Source of the DNA: Felis catus
Taxonomy: Eukaryota
Assembly (NCBI RefSeq): GCF_018350175.1
Contig: NC_058373.1
Coordinates: forward strand, 102,674,001 to 102,738,000
Length of the DNA: 64,000 nt
Reading direction: 5' to 3'
In this document: positions 40,801-52,800 of the stretch, piece after piece
Layout of the letters: each line of letters begins with the position of its first letter
Position numbering within the stretch: the first letter of the stretch is position 1
Notes under the pieces: model-generated
Told to the model about the DNA's origin: nothing
Databases searched by the model: none
What the model saw: the letters and a program-made list of their open reading frames with translations, nothing else
Made by a program: the position numbers and the translations under genes

Positions 40801-43800
40801 GGTATAAGTAAATCCCCACCCCTAATACTGCTCCAGAGGAAGGGGGAAGATAAATGCAGGATCACCAGCATAGGATGGAAATGGAGGAGTTAGGACCTGC
40901 TGGCCAGTTAGATGAGGTAGCTAAAGAAGAGTCTAGAATGAATGCTTGTTTTTGCTCTTGAGTAACTTGGTAAATTGTGGTGACAATGCTATTTATGAAC
41001 ACTTTGCAGAGGAGGAGAGAGTAGAGGATTGTGAAAAATTTTGTGTAGTTGTTTTAGGCATCCTTTGAATCATTGAAGTAGATATATTCATTTCACAGTT
41101 GAATATGTATTTCTCTGGAGTTGAAAAAAAGATCATAATGGGTGTGATTTAGGAAAATACTCCACTATCAGCAATACACATGGTGGATGTGTGCTAGACT
41201 AGAGAGAATGTGGGGAGTGCTAAGAAAATTCAAGAGTGAACCCTGAGAAACACCAACATTTAAAGGGCAAGGAAAGCCACCACAAAGGATACTGAAGAGG
41301 AGTAGGAGGAGAAGCAACACCAGGGAGACAGTGGAATCACAGACGCTTAGGGATGGTAGAGAGTTCACCAGTGAGGGGAAAAGTCAACAGTGACATGCTT
41401 TAGAGAGATGAAGGATGATAAGGACTGAAAAATTGGATTTGATATCATCAGTGAAAGTTTGATTGAAGTACTAGACTGTAGATAATCAAATGAATAGGAA
41501 AGGGGACAGTGTCCACCCTGAATACCTTAGATGGGAAGGGGAAAACAGTAAAAGCTAGAGGGGTTGCAGAGTTGAAGAGATGTCATGTGTTGTATGTGTG
41601 CCTGTGCGTGTGTGTGCACGTGTGTGCGCATGTGCCTTACGTTCAAGCTGCAGGATACTTGTGTTTTATATTAGAGTTAATATCCTGAGTTCTAGAGTCA
41701 GGTTTCCTGGATTCATATCTGAGTTCTGCCACATTGAGATTTGTTTGGCCTTAAGTTACATAACCCCAGTGTCTCACTTTCCTCTTCTCCCAAGTGGGAA
41801 TGATAATCAGGTTTTGAATATTAAATGAAATAATACATAGTAGGTGCTTAGAGTTCTTAGCATACAGTAATTGCTCAAAAATGTTAACGGTTAATGTATT
41901 ATTAAGAAAATATTTGATTTGATTATTTTAGTCAGTCATTCTTGGTGTTGACCTTTAAATGTATTTGCCTCAATTATGTGATTTTTCAACTTTAAATTGT
42001 TAACTCTTCTGACTCTATGCTATATAATAGGAGGTTTGCCTACTTAAAATTTTTTCCTACCCCTTCTCCTTTTTCCCATTCAACTTTTGTTAGGGATAGC
42101 ATTTGTTTGTCAGATACTTACAACATTTAATGTTTACTTTGTGACTATACTTTTCATGTTTTAGTCGCAATTCTGCTGGTTAATGGTGGGTTCAAAGCTT
42201 GATAACAGTTCTTTTGCCATGGTGTCTGTATTTGTCTCTTGGTTGGCTGAATTTATTTTTCCTGGAATTTCTTCAGGAAAGGCTCATAGAAACTATATTT
42301 CCCAGGTTGTGGCAAGTTAAAATGCTTTTTTATTGTCATTATAGATGAATGATAATTTGATGGGGTATGATATTTCTGGGTTTCACTTTCTTTCCTTGAG
42401 AATTTTCCTACTTGCTTTACCATTCTTTACTCAGCTGGATGGAGGTCTAAGAACACACTGAATTTTGTATTCTTTTCATGTATTTTTGTCAGATTACTCT
42501 CACAATAAAAACATCTTTTGGGCAACCCACCCAGATGTTTATTTTTTGAACTTTTCCAGTGTCTACCCTACCATACAAACATCAAGGGATTCATTTTCTT
42601 TTAAGTTCAGCAGGAAATTTAATATGGTTTTGGCCTTGACTCCTGTGTCCTCTATATTTCTTAGGATAAAGCATATCTTTTCAGCCATGAGATTTATCCC
42701 TTAAAATAATTGAAATAATGGGTATCTAGCAAGCATATACTAAATCTTTGCCTATTGTCTTTGTGTTTCATATTTTAATCCTAAGAGAAAAGCTTTTGGT
42801 TTATTTCTACTTCTTTTTTTTTTTTTTTTTCCCTCCATCCTAGACTCTGTCTCTTAATATATTTCAGCGGCCTGTCTTTTTTTGTTTTCTACTTCTAATT
42901 GGATTGTATTTCTGAGATAGTGTTACTTTTACTTCCAGTTTGGGTTTTGCTGGCTCATACTTCATCTCATTCTGTGGTCTTTTCTTTGAGCTTTTCTTGT
43001 GAACTTTATTCTTTACTCTTGAGTTCCAGAAATGACTACTATAAGATTTTTAAAACTCACAGTGATTTTTTTTATCACAATTTTTGTCTGCTTTTTGACA
43101 ATCTTTTTTGGTGATTTTTCTTCACTTGTCATTTGTTTTTTGTGTTTTCTTTTTTCATGTATCTTGCATAGACTTTTTTTTTTTGTCTTTAAAAAAATTT
43201 TAAGTAATTACTTTGAGAGAGACAGAGACAGGATGAGCAGGGGAGGGGTGGGGGGGGAGGGAGGGAGGGAGGGAGGGAATCTCAAGCAGGCTCCTTGCTG
43301 CCAGTGCAGAGCCAGACATGGGGCTCGAACTCCTTGAAACTATGAGATCGTGACTTGAGCCAACCAAGAGTCGGATGCTCAACTGACTGAGCCACCCAGG
43401 TGCCCCGACTCTGTTTTCTTTTTGATCAGTACTCCTCTTTTAGTGAGGGTGTTCCTCTTGGATAAACTCTGTGCCTGGAGATTGACAATGAAGGACCAAT
43501 GCTAAGTGCTGTTCTTTTCAGGCGTGTGTGAAAATAAGTTCTTTTAGCCTTTCTGTCTTACCAGATAAAAGACTTCACTACAGAGTATCACTATGAAGAA
43601 TTTCTCCCAACTCTGCCTCACTAGCTGCTTTCTTTGAGTAAAGTTTTTATGATTTCTTCTTCATTCTCACTTCCTTTGCTTCTTGAGATCTCCTTCCAAG
43701 AAGATTCCTACCTTCTGTCTTTGTTCCTGATGTCAAATGGAAGATAATTGGTTTTTCCATATGCTGGTTGATTGCAGAGAACTAGGCACCAGGGCACTTC

Positions 43801-46800
43801 TGTAGTCTTGAGTATATTTTGACAGGGTTGTGGAGCACCTGTGTTTGATCTCCATACTTTTGGCAGTCTTTTCTGATGTTATGCTTTGACATTACAGATG
43901 ATTGTTTCATTTTGGTTGTTTGTATTTTGGTTTCATATTCCTCTTTTGATCTTTTAGGAGGAGAAGGGAAAGATTGCAATCTTGACTCTGGGTTTAAAAC
44001 TAGAGTCCTATAATTCTTTGTAAAAAATTTATTTCTTGGTTGATATGTATCCTATTGTATGCCTCAGAGTATAGAATGATGAAGTGAATCATGAATCATG
44101 AATGATATTTCACTGACCAGGATTTGGCAGTCATTCTACTTTATATGTAATTGTGAACTCTGCATTGGCCCAAGAACATTTGATATTAGATGCTTCATTT
44201 TCATTAGCTCATGTTAACTATTACTAATTCTGTATTGATTTCTCTACTGTAGTCAAGTAAAGGAGAATTGACCGCACTTGTACATCAGCTTCAAGAAAAA
44301 GATAAGTTACTTGCTGCTGTGAAGGAAGATGCTGTTGCTATGAAGGATAGGTGTAAGCAGTTAACTCAGGTGAGGACATTTTTATATTTAAGGGATATAT
44401 GTTCTGAATCAGAAGCAGTGAAGGACTTCAGAAACCATGTATAATTACAGATTTAATTATTTGTGTAGTAAATTTATACCCAGTTAAAGTCAATTTCTTA
44501 TACAGTTGTGGTGGTGGTGTCTCACTTCGTCATGTTGTTAAAGCCTGCGGTTGAATTATGAATTTAAAGTAACAGTGCTTCTAGATACATTAATTTAAAA
44601 TATAACAGAAACATTTGCACACTGGGGGCATGTTTCATTTGGATCTGACTTAGAATTAGTCTCTAAGGAAGCACAGAACTAACTAGGTGTGATCTTGTTT
44701 AAATCCAGTAGAATAAGTGTAAAACTTATACAGATAATTTATTTATAAAGGTTTTTGTGATAAATATTGGTAACTTTTAATCAATGAAATTCTTTAAACC
44801 CCAGACTTTTACTCCAGGAGGGGGGGTAATCTTTAAAAAATTGTGTTAGGGGCGCCTGGGTGGCGCAGTCGGTTAAGCGTCCGACTTCAGCCAGGTCACG
44901 ATCTCACAGTCCGGGAGTTCGAGCCCCGCGTCAGGCTCTGGGCTGATGGCTCAGAGCCTGGAGCCTGTTTCCGATTCTGTGTCTCCCTCTCTCTGCCCCT
45001 CCCCCGCTCATGCTCTGTCTCTCTCTGTCCCAAAAATAAATAAACGTTGAAAAAAAAATTAAAAAAAAAAATTGTGTTAAATAATATAGATTTCCAGTTA
45101 TAAATCAGTTCTGGGGATGTAATGTACAGCAGTATAACTATAGTTTGTAATAATATGTTGTATATTTGAAAGTTGCTAGAAAGTATATCTTAAAAGTTCT
45201 TATCATGAGAAAAAAAATTATAACTCTAGTGGTGATGGTGTTAACTAGACTTAATGCGGTGATCATTTTGCAATGCGTACAAATCCCAAACCATGTTGTA
45301 TACCTGAAACTTCCATAAAGTTCTATGTCAATTATATCTCAAAAAGAAATTATATAGACTGAGAACATAATTGAAATTCTATATAAAATGTGGTTTTATT
45401 CTTCCTAAGGTGCTTGTTTCTCCTTTTAGGAATTCAGTACGGTACATGAGGTTTGTATTACTCACAAAACTGCTTGATGACATTAGGATGGCCTCATTTG
45501 AATATAAAGCCTTTTAGGTGAATTTGAACTAAAAAAAGTTAATGGAAACACTTGGTCAAATTAAGATTAATCAAAGATTAATCAAAGTTACTAAAATAAG
45601 CATGTTTCTTTAAGATTAGAAACCTTAGTATAGTTTTATGTGACTATGGTTTTTGGACTATAATTTAAAAATTAAAAAGCTATCCACTTTGTGGTAATTC
45701 ATTAAGCTATACACTTAAGATATATATGCTTTCTTCCTAAGCATATAATATACATCAGTATAACACCTTGCAGATGTATGTGAACTCTTAAGGGCAGCCA
45801 TTAAGACATAAAAGTTTTAAATTCTGTCAGTTTCTTAGAGGAGGGTGTATAAATTGATCATTCTTGCAAATAATTTAAAGTTGGTTGGCTCTTGGGGTGC
45901 TTGGGTGGCTCAGTCAGTTGAGTGTCTGGCTTTGGTTCAGGTCATGATCTCTCAGTTTGTGAGTTTGAGCCCCACATCGGTCTTGGCTGCTGTCAGTGCA
46001 GAGCCTGCTTCGGATCCTCTTTCCCCGCTGCCCACTCCCCCCACCCCCATCACACACGTGAACTCGCTGTCTAAAATAAATAAAACAGAAAGAGTTGGTT
46101 GGCTCTCTTTTACTTTAATGATTAATATTCTAGGAGTTCATGATAGTTGCAACATAAAATGAAATCACCCTTTTGATTTGACTTGGGAAGACAATGAAAC
46201 TTTGAGTTCTGATTTTTTACTTTCCCTTATTCCAAGCTTCCATTTTGTTGTAAGCATGTCTTCCTTATCTTTTCTCTTAGGAAAGAGACTTCTTTTTTTC
46301 CTCTGCTAATTTTTTTTTAAGCCTCTTTCTAAACCCTAAAAGAGAGCTAGTACCTGTGAATAATAGAGAATTAACTCTTTTGCTTTAAAATATCTCTTCC
46401 AATAAATAAATAAATAAAATAAATAAATAAATAGGTAGAAAGAAAGAATGAATGAGCTATTCTTTCTTCTAATCAAGTTAGAATGTAGAATTTATTCTAG
46501 GTTGAGCTCTTTAGCTCTTAGACCAGAAAGTGTATCTGGAATAAGAGTAAACAGAACAGCAAAGTGTTTGTGAAGGAATTGGTGTAAAGGTAGTTGCAGG
46601 TAAATGCAGAAGACAATTTCTTTTTTTTTCTTTCTTTTTTTAATGTTTATTTTTGAGAGAGAGACAGAGTGTGAGTGGGGGAGGGACAGAGAGAGAGGGA
46701 GACACAGAATCTGAAGCAGGCTCCAGACTTTGAGCTTGTCAGCACAGAACCTGATGCAGGGCTTGAACCCACGTACGGTGAGATCGTGACTTGAGCTGAA

Positions 46801-49800
46801 GTTGGATGCTCAATGTCCCTGACAAATTCTATTTTAAACCTTTAATCTTAGGGGTACCTCATCTTGATTTCAGCTCAGGTCGTGTTCCCAGGGTCATGGT
46901 ATAGAGTGCCACATGAGGCTCTGCACACGGCAATGAGCCTGCTTGAGATTCCCTCTTTTGCTCTTTCCCCCTCCCCCTCTCCTCTGGCCCTTTTCCCTGT
47001 TCGCACGTGCTCTATCTCTTAAAAAAACCAAAAAACACAAAAAAACTGATCTTAAGCATGTAGTTACTTCAAAATTCATCATTGTTTTATTGACATCATT
47101 TTGCTGATGCTAAAAATGTCTTTATTATAAATTATGGTACTTATTTTTTAATAAAATGTTTTCATAATTTTTTTTCTGGTTTATTCTAGGAAATGATGTC
47201 AGAGAAAGAAAGAAGCAATGTAGTTATAGCAAGGATGAAAGATCGGATTGGAACGTTAGAAAAGGAACATAACGTATTTCAAAACAAAATGCATGTCAGT
47301 TATCAAGAGACTCAGCAGATGCAGATGAAGGTATATTTTTACTTTTTGAAAACAAAATGAAATTTTGCATTCATTTAACTAGGAAACTTTAAATGCCTAA
47401 TATGTGCAAGGCAGCGTGCTGGGCTATGGTACTATAGCTAAACTGGCTCCCTACGTGTAAGTAAACACCTTTTCTAGGTGCAGATGAGGAAGAAGCTGGA
47501 AGGTGACATGTAAATATACTCCATTACAATATTGTAGTCCCCCCTCCTTATTCCTTTTCACTTTCTGTGGTTTCAGTTACCTGTGGTCAACTGAAGTCTG
47601 GAAGCAGATGATCCTCCTTCTGACATAGTGTCAGAAGGTCAGTAGTAGCCTAATACTATGTCATAATGCCTATGTCATTTATCTCCCTTCTCATCATGTA
47701 GGCATTTTATCATTTCACATCATCACAAGAAGGGTGAATTCAGTATAATAGGATATTTTGAGAGGGAGAGGAACACCTTCATGTAACTTTTATTATAGTA
47801 TATTATTAAACTTCTGTTTTTAGTTGTTAATCTCATAACTGTGCCTGATTTATAAATTAGTGATATGTGTGTGTAAGGAAAAAACATAGGATACCTAGGG
47901 TTTAGTATTCTGCAGTTTCAGGCATCTGTTGGGGGTCTTGAAGGTAGGTATTCCCTGTGGATGGGGGGATTACTGTAGAGGTAACCAGTGGGCACTTTGG
48001 AACCATTGGGATGAAAGGTGGAGAAGAGAAAGGTTATAGAGCAGACTTGTTAGAAATGATATGTAAACTCTATTGAATGTTTTGAAACAATCAGGCATTA
48101 TCAGAGAGTGAAGAAATCGGCACTGGGTTATTACTTGGTGTGATTCCTTAGTTCTGTCCTTAGAGGTGATGGGTCCATGGGTCTGTGTTGGGGTCCAGGA
48201 TGGAACTTTTTAATGCGTGCTACTCAGGTGTTTCTGATAGAAATTGCCCAGTGATAACAGTTTTTGAGAAATGCAGTAGCAGTTGTGTTTGGAAATCAGT
48301 ACTAGAATGAGGAGAAGATATAGAGATATAAATAGAGGCCCTATCTTAAAGGGACTTGTATACTGAAAGACTGGGGAGCCGCTAAAGGAGTTTAAGCAAC
48401 TCAACAGTGTGATTTTATTAGCAGGTTTTTTTTAAGTTTGTTTATTTTGAAAGGGAGGAAAGTGCATGAGCAGGGGGAGGGGCAGGGAGAGAGAGAGAGA
48501 ATCCCAAACAGGCTCTGCACTGTCAGCACAGAGCCCGACTTGAACCTGTAACTCACAGATCATGACCTGAGCTTAAATCAAGAGTTGGATGCTTAACTAA
48601 CTGAGCCGCCCAGGAGCCTTAAGTATTTTTAACTATTACTCTGGTAGAAGTGTGGAGAGTGGAATAAGGAATAATTGGAGGGCTTTTGCAGGAATCCAAG
48701 TCAGAGAACAAGGGCCTGAAATCAGATGTTGACAGTGAGAGGTTGAGTTTGAGTGATACAGAAGAGTTAGTAGATGGGGCTTGGTGATGGAATAGAGAGA
48801 GCAAGAGAAAAATTATAATGAAGGATGACTCCTAAGGTTTTTGCCTAAGTGACTTAATCTCTTGTTACTTTCACCTGTCTTCTTTCAACATTACACAAGG
48901 TTCAGTTCTTACTGTCTTTTCCATATATTGATCATTTTCATGATTCCAGTTAGCCTGGACCCATGGTTGGTTGATTGGTTTTCTTTCTCTCTCTCTTTTT
49001 AAGATTGAAATACCACTTTTACTATTGATAAAGAGGCTATTGAAGAACATGGTTTGGGTCTGCTTGTCTGGTGATCTAATAATATTTCCCCTAATTGAAC
49101 TCTCTGAACCAATGATTTTTTTAATTATTTCCATTACTAGTTGATGCTTCAAATTTGGAAGCTCTTGTCATCACCTTAAATTTAACATATGTCTAGAATC
49201 AAACTCTTGCTTTTGACCAAGTTGTTTTTATTTTCTAATATTTGAGGCATCATTATCCTTATGCTTGAATCCTTTGACTTCTCTCTCTTGTCCAGTTCAT
49301 AGTTTGTTCTGAAATTTTAAAGATAATTTATTTCTAGGTACTCTTGCATTCAGTTCTTAGCTATTACCTTAGTTTATTGTTTCATACTAGTATCATTATA
49401 GCCCCCCCCCTTTTTTTTTTTTCAACGTTTTATTTATTTTTGGGACAGAGAGAGACAGAGCATGAACGGGGGAGGGGCAGAGAGAGAGGGAGACACAGAA
49501 TCGGAAACAGGCTCCAGGCTCCGAGCCATCAGCCCAGAGCCCGACGCGGGGCTCGAACTCACAGACCGCGAGATCGTGACCTGGCTGAAGTCGGACGCTT
49601 AACCGACTGCGCCACCCAGGCGCCCCATATAGCCCCTTTTTAATAGGTCTCTCATTTCCATTTTAACATGTAATATCAGGTTTTTGTTTGTAAGATACTA
49701 TTCTAATCACATTGCTAGTCTGCTGAAAATTTTAAAATTAATCTTTACTGTTATCTAAGTCCCAGTGTTTTCCATGGAAATAAACTAATAGCAAAAAAGT

Positions 49801-52800
49801 AGTGAATGAATCTGTGGTCCGGTTCTTACCCTGTCCACTGCTCTCTGCTTTCATTTGGCCCAATCCTCTCTCTTTCCAAACCCCAGCCATTTGAGATCTT
49901 CTTTCCCATTAATAAATAGTTCTTATTGAAGAACTGATTTTCCTACTCTCAAGGGATCTTTTCTGTTTCTTAATTCCTACTTCCTAGTCATTGGAAATTA
50001 GTCAAGTACTTATAGCACCATCTTTTATTGAGGATGGAAGGTGATTTCTCATTTTTCTTTCCTTCTCTTTTTTTTTTTTTTTTTTTTTTACTTAATTGCA
50101 TTTAGAAGCCAAGATATAGGTTCCATATGAAAAGTTCTCTGAAAAATAGAAACATATACTTTAATTTCTCTTAACTGAATAGGTTTACTTAAAATTATTA
50201 AGATTATTTCACATTCTAAAATAAGGCATATCCCTATGGGAATATAAGACTCAGTGTTCTTTATCTTTTGGTCCTGTAGTTGCGAAATAAGAGGCCATAA
50301 TATTTTAGTAGATTTTTGTGTGATAAATTTGCCATCTATTTGGTTATAGCTCAATCTGTAACTTAATATAAATATGTTGAACATATTTTCAGTTTTTATT
50401 TTGATTACTTTTGATTACTAAGTAAATACTAAATAAACTTTTGATTACTAAAATCTTTCATTACAAATACTGCTAACCTAAAATTGATATAGGTTTAAGA
50501 TAGAGTTAATTCTATATGAGTCTGTTGGGTAGGAACAAAATTCAGTGTCTTATTTCTCAAACATCTCTACATGTATTTACTTTTCATTTCCAGTATAAGA
50601 GTAGCAAGCATCTACTTGCATTCTTGGATGTTGTGGCAGCTTGTATTGACTTTGCATTCATCACTATCAAAATATAATTCTTCCCTTAAACTTCTTTATA
50701 TTTATTTGAGAAGGATGGTTCAGACTTCATTCTATTGATGCTTTTTACATTCTCATCATAATAAAGTTTCTTTTAAAAGTTAGCTTTGGCAGTTATTGTT
50801 TCTAAATCTTATGTTTGTAAAATAATTTTAGTTCCAGCAGGTTCGTGAGCAGATGGAGGCGGAGATAGCTCACTTGAAGCAGGAAAATGGCATATTGAGA
50901 GATGCTGTCAGCAACACTACAAACCAACTAGAGAGCAAGTATGTTTCCAAATGCTTTATTTTTAATTGAATGGCAGAATATTTTCATTAAATGGCAGATA
51001 TTTTCTTGAGCCATCAAAATGTGTTTGATAGTAATTGGTTAGATTTCTGTATTTTACATGTTTTTAAAATGAATTAATTTTCACAATTTTTTTGCTATGT
51101 GAAGAACTTCTTCAGCTAAACTATGTGATAAATACAATGCTGGCACAATGGAACATTGTCTACAAATTTGAGACTGCATTTATAAGTTTTAAAACATCTA
51201 TCCCCTTTAACAGTAGTTCTCAAACTTTATTATTCTGAAGAGCATCTGACATGTTTGTCAAAAAAGCATATTCTTGAGTCCTACCTCTAAAAGATTATGA
51301 TTCACTGGCTCTGAGGTAGAGCCCAGAAGTCTGCATATTAAGGCACATTCCTTGTGATAGTGATGAAATTGGCTCTGGGCCATACTTTGAAAACCTGTAC
51401 CTTGGAGAAGACTAGTAGCATGCTTACAAGAATAAGCACTCCGACTGATTTTAATAGATTTTCAGAACACCAGTTTGAAGGTGACAATGTTGACTTATGT
51501 TCATGAGTGTGTGGTCATCCATTTCTCTTGATTATTTTATGGTGATTTTGGAATCTGTGTGATTGTTACCAGAGTGATTCAGAGATGATACTCAACCAAA
51601 CTTCATTATTAGTAGTTGCTTACAACTTTTCTGTTTCAGTTGGCTATAAGTGGAATTACTAACTCAGAAAGACAAATAGAAAATATGTTTTGTTTGTTCT
51701 TTTTATGTATTTGTAATAATAGAAGGTTCCTAATCCAGTTACTGTTTTCAGGCAGTCTGCTGAACTAAATAAACTACGCCAGGATTACGCTAGGTTGGTG
51801 AATGAGCTAACTGAGAAAACAGGAAAGCTCCAGCAGGAGGAAGTCCAAAAGAAGAATGCTGAGCAAGCAGTTACTCAGTTGAAGGTGACATATTCCCACC
51901 TTTATTTATCACTTCATAAATAATGTAGATGTTAAACTTAGGGACCTAAATATAAATATGTATGTAGGTTTGAGAAACATAGGTTGAGTCTTAAAAGTCT
52001 AAGCACTCTGTATAGAGTGCTTGTCTGTATAGAAGCTTGTGCATTAATGAAAGAATTGAATATAGGCTTGAGTTTCAGGTTGTAGACTGAAGATAAGAAA
52101 AATGAAATTTGCTGATTGACAGATACAAGCCGAATTTCTTCTTGTATATAGAAGTTAGGTTCATAAGGGTGAGGCAAAAACCATGTAGTTAAAATTACCT
52201 TCAATATCACTTATCCATAACTTGGACTTTTCAATAAGTTCAGTAGAAACTATTTTTCTTCTAGCATTGGAATGGATGATTTTCCTTTGCTTTAGCACAA
52301 GACCAGGAAATGCTCCAGTAGCTTTCATTTGAGCCATACTACATAGTAATCCATAGTAATTCAGTTGAGTCAGTTTCTTTAGATATCAGAATGGTACTTA
52401 GTATCATGAGAGGGTCATGCTGAGATGTGATACATGGGGCTGCTCAGGCTACAGAGGAATAGATTTGTTCCTTTTGTATCTTACAGTGTATGTACATTGA
52501 ATAGAATGATGAGAAGTGTCCTTTCTTCCTTTGGGGGGAGGATTTGTTGAACATATAGTTCAATTTGTGTAAAGTCAAATGTATTAGATTCTTAGGTCTT
52601 GGGTAGAATTCTTCCTGATAGCAGTTCCAGAGTAGGAGGGGTTAAGAGGGCTTTGACAATAAATGAAGGTGGAAAATAGTGCAGTTTTTATTTTTTTGAA
52701 GTTTTCAAAAAAACAGAAGTCCCTGTGGGGGATTGATAAAATTGTCCTTTCTTTTATTTAAAATTTGTCTTGCTGGTGTGTTTGCTGCTGGAACTTAGGA

